Below are positions 54,494-63,705 of a DNA stretch of 64,000 bases, in pieces (positions within the stretch are counted from its first letter, which is position 1; every line of letters begins with the position of its first letter). The translations under genes were made by a program, and so were the position numbers. The notes under the pieces are model-generated. The model saw nothing but the letters and a program-made list of their open reading frames with translations. It was not told the DNA's origin and made no database searches. The stretch comes from Acidimicrobiia bacterium (GTDB taxonomy: Bacteria > Actinomycetota > Acidimicrobiia > Spongiisociales > ZC4RG35): NCBI GenBank assembly GCA_035550735.1, contig DASZOM010000006.1, positions 6,984-70,983 of the forward strand, read 5' to 3'.

Positions 54494-54507
54494 CGAACGT
54501 ATGTTCG
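54494..54507. promoter_or_regulatory. LexA SOS box (CGAAC-GTAT-GTTCG) upstream of the DUF222-HNH gene
   Basis: Matches the Gram-positive/mycobacterial consensus TCGAAC-N4-GTTCGA at 10/12 positions. It ends 4 nt before the ATG at 54512. Confidence 0.6.
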
Positions 54508-54511
54508 GGGT

Positions 54512-55648
54512 ATGGGTTGGGAGAGAGCGTCAACGGATGAGATCGAACTGGCGTTGGATCATTTCGCCGGTCTCAGCTCGGCCGGTCTGGCCCGAATATG
54601 TGAGCTGATTGGCGAGGTGGATGTCCGGCAGTCGTGGATGGCCGACGGCGCCCGCAACCTGGTGGACTGGGTGGCGGCGAAACTTCGGGTGCGTCATGAG
54701 AGCGCAGCCCAGCTGGTCAACGTTTCCAGGCGTTTGGCGGATCTTCCGTTGCTGTCGGAACGGTTTGGTGAGGGTGGATTGTCGTTGGATCAGGTGGATG
54801 CGATCTCTCGGATCGCCACCGCAGACACCGAAACCGAAGTGATCGAAGCGGCTGTTGGAATGTCGAATGCGATGTTGGATCGGGCCGCCCGCCGCCGGCA
54901 GGGTATGACCGAAGACAAGGCCCGGTCGGTGTGGCAGCGACGGCAGCTGATCCGACAGTGGAACCTCGACGAATCAGAGCTCAGATTCCGAGGTCGGCTC
55001 CCTGGAGACGCCGGACGCCTCTTCGACCAGGCCATCGACACCCGCATCGACACCATCCCGGAGAATCCGGAAACCGGCATGTTCGACGCCTATCAGACCC
55101 GGGCCGCCGACGCACTCACCGAACTCGCCGCCACCAGCGGAACATCAGGTTCAGACTCGACCCCGAACCGGTTGAACATCTTCGCTGACCTCGAAGCGCT
55201 CACCACCAGTGACCAGGGTGTCGCCGAGTTGGACAACGGAGCGCTCATCCCCAACACCACCGCACAACGACTCGCCTGCGACAGCCTGATCCGGGGGATC
55301 ATCAGAGACGGAGAACAAGTCATCGGCATCGGAAGAGCCAGCCGACAGGTCCCGGCCTGGCTCCGCGACCTCGTCTACCACCGCGACGGATACCAATGCC
55401 AACATCCAGGCTGTCGCCACAGCCGATGGCTGCAGATCCACCACATCACCCCCTGGTCCCAAGACGGCACCACCAACCTCGACAACCTCATCCTCCTCTG
55501 CGGACACCACCACCGTTGGCTCCACCAACACGACTGGCACATCACCGGACCACCCGGCATGCGGGTCTTCCGCAAACCCGACCGGACCCCCTACCCAGCG
55601 CCCAAACCAGCACTCCACCCACGACTCCAACAGCTCGTCCCAACCTAG
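54512..55648 (+). CDS. DUF222 + HNH endonuclease domain protein (REP13E12-like)
   Basis: HNH block CQHPGC...IHHITPWSQDGTTNLDNLILLCGHHHRWLH. The N-terminal region is typical of actinobacterial DUF222 proteins. Confidence 0.88.
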   Translation: MGWERASTDEIELALDHFAGLSSAGLARICELIGEVDVRQSWMADGARNLVDWVAAKLRVRHESAAQLVNVSRRLADLPLLSERFGEGGLSLDQVDAISRIATADTETEVIEAAVGMSNAMLDRAARRRQGMTEDKARSVWQRRQLIRQWNLDESELRFRGRLPGDAGRLFDQAIDTRIDTIPENPETGMFDAYQTRAADALTELAATSGTSGSDSTPNRLNIFADLEALTTSDQGVAELDNGALIPNTTAQRLACDSLIRGIIRDGEQVIGIGRASRQVPAWLRDLVYHRDGYQCQHPGCRHSRWLQIHHITPWSQDGTTNLDNLILLCGHHHRWLHQHDWHITGPPGMRVFRKPDRTPYPAPKPALHPRLQQLVPT

Positions 55649-55720
55649 GGGCAGCCGCCCCCACCTCCGATTTCCGTACCGAGAAAACCCCGCAACCACC
55701 AGCGATCCGATTATCGTCTA

Positions 55721-55732
55721 GAACATATGTTC
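55721..55732. promoter_or_regulatory. LexA SOS box (GAAC-ATAT-GTTC) centred on the ruvC start codon
   Basis: tAGAACATATGTTCGt matches TCGAAC-N4-GTTCGA at 10/12 positions. The ATG at 55727-55729 lies in the N4 spacer. Confidence 0.6.
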
Positions 55733-56209
55733 GTTCTGGGCATCGACCCCGGTCTGTCCGTCACCGGATATGGGCTCGTCCAGGGATCACACCCACCCAC
55801 CGCCATGCGAGCCGGAGTCATACGCACCGACGTCGAAACCACCGTCCCGCGTCGTCTCGCCGAGCTGCATGCAGGTCTGGTCCAGGTCATCGCCGACAGC
55901 AACCCGGATGCCATCGCCTTGGAGACCGTCTTCACCAACCGCAACCTGCAGACGGCGATGTCGGTGGGAAGGGCGTCGGGCGTGGCCATCCTCGCCGCCG
56001 CCCAAGCCGACGTCCCTGTCTACGAGTATGTGCCGACGGCGGTGAAAGCAGCCGTGACCGGAGACGGTTCGGCTAACAAGGGGCAGGTGCAGCAGATGGT
56101 GGCTCGACTTCTCAGGCTCGCCGAGGCTCCGACCCCGGCCGATGCCGCCGATGCCCTGGCGATTGCACTCTGTCACCTCCGGGCTGCGCCACTGGAGCCG
56201 GCCCGGTGA
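55727..56209 (+). CDS. ruvC: Holliday junction resolvase
   Basis: VLGIDPGLSVTGYGLV, LETVFTN, and DAADALAIALCH catalytic acidic blocks. Confidence 0.92.
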   Translation: MFVLGIDPGLSVTGYGLVQGSHPPTAMRAGVIRTDVETTVPRRLAELHAGLVQVIADSNPDAIALETVFTNRNLQTAMSVGRASGVAILAAAQADVPVYEYVPTAVKAAVTGDGSANKGQVQQMVARLLRLAEAPTPADAADALAIALCHLRAAPLEPAR

Positions 56210-56775
56210 TCGGCCGGCTGCGCGGCGTCTTGGTTTCCAGCCGGGAGAGCGGCATCGTGATCGACGTGGGCGGGATCGGTTACGAGGTGGCGATGACGAC
56301 GAGGGACCTGGCGACACTGCCAGGGATAGGCGAGGACATCGTCGTCCACACCCACACTCACGTCCGTGAGGAGGAGCTGAGCTTGTTCGGATTTGGGAAC
56401 GAGCCCGACAGGGATCTCTTCCGGATCCTGCTCGGCGCCAGCGGCGTCGGGCCGAAGGTGGCCATGGCGCTGCTCGCCTCGATGACGAACGACGAGATCG
56501 TGAGAGCCATCACCGGGGAAGACCCGGATGCGCTCACCATCGCACCCGGGGTGGGCAAGCGGGGGGCGCAGAAGATCGTGCTCGAGCTGGGCCCGAAGCT
56601 GGCCGGCAGGGAGACCGAGGTCGTTGGTGCCCGCTCACTCGGCGGTGTCCGCCAGGCGCTGGAGGGGCTCGGCTACTCGACCGCCGAGATCAACGCGGTG
56701 GTCGGCGACCTCGACCCCGACGACCCGATCGAGGCCCAGGTGAAGACCGCTCTGCAGAGGCTGGGCAAGAGATGA
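56206..56775 (+). CDS. ruvA: Holliday junction branch-migration complex subunit
   Basis: MIGRLRG..., GIGYEV, FGF, and [14 protein letters not shown] start overlapping the ruvC stop. Confidence 0.92.
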   Translation: MIGRLRGVLVSSRESGIVIDVGGIGYEVAMTTRDLATLPGIGEDIVVHTHTHVREEELSLFGFGNEPDRDLFRILLGASGVGPKVAMALLASMTNDEIVRAITGEDPDALTIAPGVGKRGAQKIVLELGPKLAGRETEVVGARSLGGVRQALEGLGYSTAEINAVVGDLDPDDPIEAQVKTALQRLGKR

Positions 56776-57788
56776 GCCGCGAGGAGAGCCTGCTCAGCCC
56801 GACCATCGAGGATCCGGAGGAGATCTCGCTTCGCCCCCGGACGCTGGCCGACTTCGTCGGACAGGATCAGGTCAAGGAGCGTCTCCAAATCTCGATAGAC
56901 GCCTCGATCCAGGAGGGTCGCTCCCTGGACCATGTGCTGTTCTCGGGCCCGCCCGGGCTGGGCAAGACCACGCTGGCCGGGATCATCGCTGCCGAGAAAG
57001 GCGTCAACTTCCGGGTCACCTCCGGGCCGGCGTTGGAGCGACCCGGAGACCTCGCCGCCATCCTCTCCAACCTCAACGACCAGGACGTCTTCTTCATCGA
57101 CGAGATCCATCGCCTCCCCAGGGCGGTCGAGGAGGTGCTCTACCCGGCGATGGAGGACTTCGCCCTCGACGTGGTGCTGGGCAAGGGCCCCACGGCACAG
57201 TCGATCCGCATCGACCTGCCCCGTTTCACCCTGGTCGGGGCGACGACGCGAAAGGGCAAGGTGACCGCTCCGCTCCGGGACCGATTCGGGATCGAGGAAC
57301 GGCTCGACTACTACGAGCCGGACGACCTGGCACGGATCATCCGCCGCTCCGCCGGCATCATCGACGTGGAGATCGGCGGCGACGCCGCCCATCTCATCTC
57401 CCATCGCAGCCGGCAGACCCCGCGTATCGCCAACCGTCTGCTCGCCAGGGTGAGGGACTATGCGGTGGCGAGGGCGGAGGGGACCATCACCCTCGACGTC
57501 GCCGAGGAGGCCCTCTCCATATACGAGGTCGACGTGCTCGGGCTCGACAAGGTCGATCGCGCCATCCTCGATGCCATCGTCGGGAAGTTCGGCGGCGGGC
57601 CGGTCGGCCTGTCCACGCTGGCCATCGCCGTCGGTGAGGAGCCGGAGACCGTCGAGGACGCCTACGAGCCCTTCCTGCTCCAGTCGGGTTTGATCAAGAG
57701 AACCCCGCGGGGGCGGGTGGCCACAGCCCATGCCTACGTCCACCTGGGTATGGAGCCGCCGACCGACCCCCAGGGAACCCTGCTCTGA
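56772..57788 (+). CDS. ruvB: Holliday junction DNA helicase
   Basis: [31 protein letters not shown], and LVGATTR. Confidence 0.95.
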   Translation: MSREESLLSPTIEDPEEISLRPRTLADFVGQDQVKERLQISIDASIQEGRSLDHVLFSGPPGLGKTTLAGIIAAEKGVNFRVTSGPALERPGDLAAILSNLNDQDVFFIDEIHRLPRAVEEVLYPAMEDFALDVVLGKGPTAQSIRIDLPRFTLVGATTRKGKVTAPLRDRFGIEERLDYYEPDDLARIIRRSAGIIDVEIGGDAAHLISHRSRQTPRIANRLLARVRDYAVARAEGTITLDVAEEALSIYEVDVLGLDKVDRAILDAIVGKFGGGPVGLSTLAIAVGEEPETVEDAYEPFLLQSGLIKRTPRGRVATAHAYVHLGMEPPTDPQGTLL

Positions 57789-58798
57789 AGGTCTCGGACT
57801 TCCAGTACGACCTGCCGGAGAGCGCCATCGCGCAAGCCGCCATCGAGCCCCGGCACGACTCGCGCTTGCTCGACGCCCGGGACATGAGCGACCACACCTT
57901 TCTCGATCTGGCCGACCTGCTCCAACCCGAAGACCTGGTGGTGGTCAATCGCACCCGGGTGCGGGCGGCCCGGCTGTTCGGAGAGAGAGCCGGCACCGGG
58001 GGCCGAGTCGAGCTTCTTCTTCTCGAGCGGAATCCCGACAGGTCTTGGGTTGCCCTCGCCCGGCCCTCCCGTCGGCTCCGACCAGGAGTCGAGATCGATC
58101 TCGGTGGCTTCTCGGCGATGATCCGGTCCCATCCCGATGGAGGCAGGGTGCGGGTCGAGTTGACCGCCGACGACGAGGAGAAGGCCATCGCCGGCAGCGG
58201 CCAGGTCCCGCTCCCTCCCTACTTCACCGGCCATCTCGACGACCCGGAGCGTTACCAGACCATCTTCGCCAGCGACCCCGGGTCGGCGGCAGCACCCACG
58301 GCCGGGCTCCATTTCACCGACGAGGTGCTGTCGAGACTCCGGGCCCGGTCCATTCGCCTGGCCAGTGTCGACCTGCATGTCTCCCTGGACACGTTCCGAC
58401 CGATGACCACTGACGAGGTCGAGGATCACGAGATGCACTCGGAGTGGTGTGCGGTGCCTGCTGAGACCGCGTCGGCGATCGCGGAAACACGCCAACGGGG
58501 AGCGAGAGTGGTTGCGGTCGGCACCACCGTGGTGCGGACTCTCGAATCGAAGGCGAACGGCTCAGGAGGGGTGATACCGGGGGAGGGGAGAACCGACCTG
58601 TTCCTGAGACCCGGCAGCAAGTTCGACGTGGTCGACCTGCTCGTGACCAATTTCCACCTTCCGGGCTCGACGTTGCTGGTGCTCCTCGCCGCCTTCATGG
58701 GAGATGGCTGGCGTGAGGTCTACGAGACGGCTCTCGACCGCGGATACCGGTTTCTCTCCTTCGGCGACGCCATGTTGGCCGCCCGCGATCGCACCTAG
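57785..58798 (+). CDS. queA: S-adenosylmethionine:tRNA ribosyltransferase-isomerase
   Basis: [40 protein letters not shown], and [11 protein letters not shown]. The conserved N-terminus (K)[15 protein letters not shown] lies upstream of the first ATG/GTG/TTG (57866). A CTG at 57785 overlapping the ruvB stop is the only plausible start. Confidence 0.85.
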   Translation: MKVSDFQYDLPESAIAQAAIEPRHDSRLLDARDMSDHTFLDLADLLQPEDLVVVNRTRVRAARLFGERAGTGGRVELLLLERNPDRSWVALARPSRRLRPGVEIDLGGFSAMIRSHPDGGRVRVELTADDEEKAIAGSGQVPLPPYFTGHLDDPERYQTIFASDPGSAAAPTAGLHFTDEVLSRLRARSIRLASVDLHVSLDTFRPMTTDEVEDHEMHSEWCAVPAETASAIAETRQRGARVVAVGTTVVRTLESKANGSGGVIPGEGRTDLFLRPGSKFDVVDLLVTNFHLPGSTLLVLLAAFMGDGWREVYETALDRGYRFLSFGDAMLAARDRT

Positions 58799-58809
58799 CC
58801 TCCCAAGGA

Positions 58810-59937
58810 ATGCCCGCCGTTACCTGGAAGTCCGTGGCCATAGATGCCGCCGCCCGAACCGGCGTGCTCGCCACGCCACACGGTGAGGTGCGCACCCCGG
58901 CGTTCATGCCGGTCGGGACCCGGGCCGCGGTGAAGGCGGTGGACACCGACGATCTCCTCGCCGTCGGGGCCGAGATCATCCTGGCCAACACCTATCACCT
59001 GATGCTGCGCCCCGGTGCGGCACTCATCGCAGATCTCGGCGGTCTCCACGGCTTCATGAGCTGGGAGGGGCCGATCCTCACCGACTCGGGTGGCTTCCAG
59101 ATCTTCTCGCTGGACCCCGACATCGGCGAGGAAGGGGCGGTCTTCACTTCGATCTACGACGGGGCCAGGGTCGAGTTGACCCCGGAGGCTGCGGTGGCGA
59201 TCCAGGAGCAACTGGGGCCCGACATCGCCATGGCCCTCGACGTCTGTGTCGGCCTGCCCGCACCCCGGGAACGGGTGGAGACCGAGATGCGGCGCACCCT
59301 GCGCTGGGCGGAACGAGGCATCCGGGCCCATCGGCGGTCCGACCAGTCCCTGTTCGGGATCGTCCAGGGAGGCGTCGACCTCGACCTCCGGGCCGAGAGC
59401 GCCAGGGAGACCGCCGCCCTCGGGTTCGACGGTTTCGGCATCGGTGGGCTCTCGGTGGGCGAGCCGGCCCACGAGAGGAACGCAGCCCTGGAGGCGGCGG
59501 TCGGCGAGCTTCCCGACGACAAGCCTCGGTATGTCATGGGTCTCGGTGACACCGAAGGCCTCCTCGACGCCATCGCCAGAGGGGCCGACATGTTCGACTG
59601 CGTCATACCCACCAGACTCGCCCGTCACGGGCGGGCACTGAGCCGCCATGGCGACTTCAACGTCAACAGGGTCGACTTCGCCACGGACGACCGGCCCATC
59701 GACAGCGAGTGCCGGTGTCTCACCTGCTCCCGCTACAGCCGTGCATACCTGCGTCACCTGGTGCGGATGAGCGAGTTGAGCGCCCATCGCCTGCTCACCA
59801 TCCACAACCTCGCCTATGTGCTCGACCTGGTCGACGGTGCCGCCGAGGCCATCGAGGAGGGCAGGTTCACCGACTTCGTGAGAGACACCCGTTCGACCCG
59901 TGAGGGTGGTTCGCACTCGGAGATGCCGGACGCCTAA
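58810..59937 (+). CDS. tgt: queuine tRNA-ribosyltransferase
   Basis: TPAFMPVGT, LANTYHL, TDSGGFQ, GIVQGG, GFGIGGLSVGE, and the zinc motif CxCxxC...H (CRCLTCSRYSRAYLRH). Confidence 0.93.
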   Translation: MPAVTWKSVAIDAAARTGVLATPHGEVRTPAFMPVGTRAAVKAVDTDDLLAVGAEIILANTYHLMLRPGAALIADLGGLHGFMSWEGPILTDSGGFQIFSLDPDIGEEGAVFTSIYDGARVELTPEAAVAIQEQLGPDIAMALDVCVGLPAPRERVETEMRRTLRWAERGIRAHRRSDQSLFGIVQGGVDLDLRAESARETAALGFDGFGIGGLSVGEPAHERNAALEAAVGELPDDKPRYVMGLGDTEGLLDAIARGADMFDCVIPTRLARHGRALSRHGDFNVNRVDFATDDRPIDSECRCLTCSRYSRAYLRHLVRMSELSAHRLLTIHNLAYVLDLVDGAAEAIEEGRFTDFVRDTRSTREGGSHSEMPDA

Positions 59938-59972
59938 TCTCGCCGCGAATTGACCCCACCTGCGGAGGAACT

Positions 59973-60275
59973 GTGATTTCTGTGGTGCTCGCCCAAGAGA
60001 CGCCGCCGGCAGGCGGCGGCTGGTTCAACCTCGTGTTCCTCGCCCTGTTGGTGGGCGTCTTCTATTTCCTGATCATCCGCCCCCAGCGAAAGCGCAGCCA
60101 GCAGCAGCGCGACATGGCCGAGTCGCTGGGCGTCGGCGACGAGGTGAGGACGATCGGGGGGATCCACGGAGTGGTCGCATCGATCAGCGAGGACAGCGTG
60201 GTCCTCAAGGTCGAGGACGGCCAGATCCGGGTGTCGAAGCGCGCCATTGGAACCAGGGTCGGCGACCAAGCCTGA
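59973..60275 (+). CDS. yajC: preprotein translocase subunit YajC
   Basis: Single TM, then FYFLIIRPQRKR and GDEVRTIGGIHG. GGAGGA SD before the GTG. Confidence 0.85.
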   Translation: MISVVLAQETPPAGGGWFNLVFLALLVGVFYFLIIRPQRKRSQQQRDMAESLGVGDEVRTIGGIHGVVASISEDSVVLKVEDGQIRVSKRAIGTRVGDQA

Positions 60276-60333
60276 CCTGCCCGTCGGCGTCTCCCGGGCC
60301 GAGGATCGTCGAGTTCGGCCGTAGACTTCCCAC

Positions 60334-60852
60334 GTGAGCAATCTCGAAGCATTGGTCAGGGACATTCCCGACTTTCCCCAGGAAGGCGTGGTTTTCAAGG
60401 ACATCACGCCGGTCCTCGCCGACGCCGGGGCGTTCAGTGACCTGATCGGTGCGATGTCCGAACCGTTCCGGGACCAGGGCATCACCAAGGTCGCCGGGAT
60501 CGAGGCTCGAGGGTTCACACTGGCCACGCCGGTCGCAGACCGGATCGGGGCCGGATTCATCCCATTGCGCAAGCCGGGGAAGCTGCCCTACCAGACGGTC
60601 AAGGCGGAGTACGAGCTCGAGTACGGGCTCGACTCGCTCGAAGTGCACACCGATGCCGTGTTCGAAGGGGAGAAAGTCCTGCTCGTCGATGATGTCATCG
60701 CCACCGGCGGCACTGCTGCGGCCGCCATCGCCCTGCTCCGGAATGTCGGCGCGGAAGTGGTGGCGTTCTCGGTGTTCATCGAGCTCGTCTTCCTGGGCGG
60801 CGCAGAGAAGATCGATGGCGTCCCGATACATGCCCTTCTCAGATACGACTGA
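60334..60852 (+). CDS. apt: adenine phosphoribosyltransferase
   Basis: FPQEGVVFKDITP, GIEARGF, and the PRPP loop VLLVDDVIATGGTAAA. Confidence 0.92.
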   Translation: MSNLEALVRDIPDFPQEGVVFKDITPVLADAGAFSDLIGAMSEPFRDQGITKVAGIEARGFTLATPVADRIGAGFIPLRKPGKLPYQTVKAEYELEYGLDSLEVHTDAVFEGEKVLLVDDVIATGGTAAAAIALLRNVGAEVVAFSVFIELVFLGGAEKIDGVPIHALLRYD

Positions 60853-62992
60853 CACCTTCACGTCGGCGACCCTCGACGACGTGATCGAGGCCTTCGGCGC
60901 CCATTACCCCGAGGGCGACGTCGACATGTTGCGCCGGGCGCACGAGCTGGCTTCACGGGCCCACGAGGGCCAGGTACGCAAGACAGGCGACCCGTACATC
61001 ACCCATCCCACGACGGTTGCCCACATGCTGGCCCAATACGGGCTCGATGCCGAGACCATCGCCGCCGCCCTTCTCCACGACACCGTGGAGGACACCCCGC
61101 TGACCCTCTCCGAGGTCGAGGCCAAGTTCGGGCGGCAGATCGCACAACTGATCGACGGAGTCACCAAGCTCGATCGGGTCCGGTACTCGAGCCGGGAACA
61201 GGCCCAGGCCGCCAGCATCCGCAAGATGGTCGTGGCCATGGCCAAGGACGTCCGCGTACTCATCATCAAGCTGTTCGACCGGCTCCATAACATGCGCACC
61301 GTGTACGCGCTGCGCGAGGAGAAGCAGATCAGAGTGGCTCGGGAGACCCTCGACGTCTACGCCCCACTGGCGCATCGGCTCGGGGTCCAGGAGATCAAGC
61401 ACGAGTTCGAGGATCGCTGCTTCGCCATCCTGTACCCGGGCCCCAACGCAGAGATCATGGCGAAGCTGGCCGAGGCGGCGCCCGAGCGTGAGGCTTTCAT
61501 CGAGAAGATGGTCGCCGAGATCGGGGGCATGCTCTCCGACTCCGGGATCGAGGCCGAGGTGACCGGTCGACCCAAGCACCAGTTCTCCATCTACCGCAAG
61601 ATGCTGGAGCAGAACCGGCCCTTCGAGGACATCCACGACCTGATCGGCATCCGCATCATCACCCAGAGCACACGCGACTGTTATGCCGCGCTGGGCCTAG
61701 TGCACAGCCACTGGGTGCCGGTGACCGGACGGTTCAAGGACTATGTGGCGATGCCCAAGATCAACCTCTACCAGTCGTTGCACACCACCGTGATCGGGCC
61801 GGATGGCAAGCCGCTCGAGGTCCAGATCCGCACCGAGGAGATGCACCGGAGGGCGGAATCGGGCATCGCCGCCCACTGGCGCTACAAGGAAGGCGACATC
61901 TCGGCGGCGGCTCTGATGGACTTCGAGTCGCTGCTCGACGATCCGGACGAGTTCCTCGACAACCTCAAGCTCGATCTCTACCAGGACGAGGTGTTCGTGC
62001 TGACCCCCGGAGGCGACGTCAAGGAGCTTCCCAAGGGCGCCACGCCGGTCGATTTCGCGTATGCGGTGCACACAGAGGTCGGGCATCGCTGTGTCGGCGC
62101 CAAGGTCAACGGGAGACTCGTCCCCCTCTCCACCAAGCTCGACTCCGGGGACATCGTCGAGATCCTCACCTCCAACGCCGGTGACGCCGGCCCGTCACGT
62201 GACTGGCAGAAGTATGTCCGCACGGGCAAGGCCCGCACCAAGATCAAGCAGTGGTTCCAGCGGGAGCGTCGCGACACCGCCCTCGTCGTCGGCAAGGAGC
62301 AGATCCAGGCGTTGTTCAAGCGGGAGGCACCCGATCTGACCAGCGCCGAGCAAGCACAGCATCTCGCCGCCATCGCCGAGGAGCTGGGTCAACGCGATGC
62401 CCAGGCCCTGCAGGTGGCGCTCGCCGAGGGGGTCGTCTCCTTCGACTCCCTGGTGGTGCGTCTCCATCGCCGGCTGGACCCCGGGGGCGGAGACGACCTC
62501 TTCCAGCCCACCCGGAGACGGAGGCCCTCCGGGTCCGCCCATGTAGTCGTCGAGGGTCACGACGACATGCTGGTCCAGCTCGCCCAGTGCTGCTCCCCGG
62601 TGCCCGGCGATCCGATCGTCGGCTATGTCACCGTGGGCAGGGGGGTATCGGTGCACAGGGCAGACTGCACCAACGTCTCCTCGCTCGCCGATCGTCGCGA
62701 GCGCTCCGTCGACGTGAGCTGGCCAAGCGACGTCGCCGGTGCCTTCGTGGTCTGGATCCAGGTTGAGGCGCTCGACCGGGCCCGGCTCCTCCGGGACGTG
62801 ACCTCGGTCATCTCCGACACTGGTGCCAACATCACCGCCTCCTCCACCAACACAGGCGAGGACCGGGTGGCGGTGCTCAAGTACGAAGTCGAACTCTCCG
62901 ACCCCTCTCAGCTCTCCCGGCTCCTCACCGACATCAGGGGAGTCGACGGCGTGTACACGGCCTTCCGGCTGGCGAACGACCCTTCGGCCTGA
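60830..62992 (+). CDS. relA: bifunctional (p)ppGpp synthetase/hydrolase
   Basis: HD domain (HPTTVAHML...HDTVEDT), synthetase block (RPKHQFSIYRKM, HDLIGIRII, YQSLHTTV), and TGS and ACT C-terminus. The ATG at 60830 (or 60815) is used; the 847-aa track ORF overlaps apt in another frame. Confidence 0.92.
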   Translation: MPFSDTTDTFTSATLDDVIEAFGAHYPEGDVDMLRRAHELASRAHEGQVRKTGDPYITHPTTVAHMLAQYGLDAETIAAALLHDTVEDTPLTLSEVEAKFGRQIAQLIDGVTKLDRVRYSSREQAQAASIRKMVVAMAKDVRVLIIKLFDRLHNMRTVYALREEKQIRVARETLDVYAPLAHRLGVQEIKHEFEDRCFAILYPGPNAEIMAKLAEAAPEREAFIEKMVAEIGGMLSDSGIEAEVTGRPKHQFSIYRKMLEQNRPFEDIHDLIGIRIITQSTRDCYAALGLVHSHWVPVTGRFKDYVAMPKINLYQSLHTTVIGPDGKPLEVQIRTEEMHRRAESGIAAHWRYKEGDISAAALMDFESLLDDPDEFLDNLKLDLYQDEVFVLTPGGDVKELPKGATPVDFAYAVHTEVGHRCVGAKVNGRLVPLSTKLDSGDIVEILTSNAGDAGPSRDWQKYVRTGKARTKIKQWFQRERRDTALVVGKEQIQALFKREAPDLTSAEQAQHLAAIAEELGQRDAQALQVALAEGVVSFDSLVVRLHRRLDPGGGDDLFQPTRRRRPSGSAHVVVEGHDDMLVQLAQCCSPVPGDPIVGYVTVGRGVSVHRADCTNVSSLADRRERSVDVSWPSDVAGAFVVWIQVEALDRARLLRDVTSVISDTGANITASSTNTGEDRVAVLKYEVELSDPSQLSRLLTDIRGVDGVYTAFRLANDPSA

Positions 62993-63639
62993 TGCCGAGA
63001 ATCGAGCGCATCCCGGCGTGGCTCGCCGAGACGAATTGCTACGTGGTGGCTTCGGACTCCGGGCAGGCGATCCTGGTCGACGCCCCGCCCGACCCCGACC
63101 CCATCGGCTCACACATCGCCGACCTGGGGCTGGCCGTGGTGGGAATCCTCCTCACCCACGGCCACATCGACCACACCGGGGGAGCCGGCGCCCTCGCCGC
63201 CAAGACGAATGCGGTCACCTACGCCCACCCCGACGACGATTTCCTGACCCTTCATCCCATCGAGCAGCTGAGGTCGATGTGGGGCATGGTCCCGCCCGGC
63301 TCGTACGACGTGCCCGAGGTCATCGAGCATCTCGGGGACGGACAGGTCCTGCGGATGGCCGATCTCGAGCTGGAGGTCCGGCACACACCGGGTCACACGC
63401 CTGGCCACTGTTGCTTCTACTGGGCGACCGAAGGCGTGCTGTTCAGCGGTGACCAGCTCTTCGCAGGTTCGATCGGGCGGACCGACCTGCCAGGGGGCTC
63501 CCACCGCCAGCTCGTCGACTCGATGCGAGATCGGGTGATGACCCTCGAAGACGAGGTGGCTGTCCTCCCCGGTCACGGCCCGGAGACAACGATCGGCCGG
63601 GAACGCAAGACCAACCCGTTCCGGGATCAGTGGCTGTGA
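62992..63639 (+). CDS. MBL-fold metallo-hydrolase (glyoxalase II-like)
   Basis: THGHIDHTGG is the HxHxDH motif, with later HTPGH and GH. Confidence 0.85.
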   Translation: MPRIERIPAWLAETNCYVVASDSGQAILVDAPPDPDPIGSHIADLGLAVVGILLTHGHIDHTGGAGALAAKTNAVTYAHPDDDFLTLHPIEQLRSMWGMVPPGSYDVPEVIEHLGDGQVLRMADLELEVRHTPGHTPGHCCFYWATEGVLFSGDQLFAGSIGRTDLPGGSHRQLVDSMRDRVMTLEDEVAVLPGHGPETTIGRERKTNPFRDQWL

Positions 63640-63705
63640 CCTGCGCCCGCGTCTGCGGTTGAACCGACCGGAAGTGGGTAAGAGCCATGAGGCGAAAGGA
63701 GCCAC

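Larger units (their letters stand above)
53019..55720. mobile_element. putative inserted segment carrying a Kelch-like lipoprotein and a DUF222-HNH (13E12-repeat-type) gene
   Basis: It interrupts the yebC-ruvC neighbourhood and is visibly more A/T-rich (e.g. 53041-53100 has 34/60 G+C). It contains an HNH/DUF222 gene of a family regarded as mobile in mycobacteria. No terminal repeats or recombinase were found. Confidence 0.3.

Noticed and set aside
54440-55700. Shared A-rich element (ATTTC..GAGAAAA) upstream of both SOS boxes as possible terminal repeats of the insertion
   Set aside because: The similarity is short and gapped, and the distance to the SOS box differs (about 42 versus 33 nt). 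It is most likely coincidence.
60449-60829. Extended relA ORF (847 aa) overlapping apt
   Set aside because: The upstream 127 codons are an alternative frame of the well-supported apt gene. The RelA/SpoT homology begins just after the ATG at 60830.
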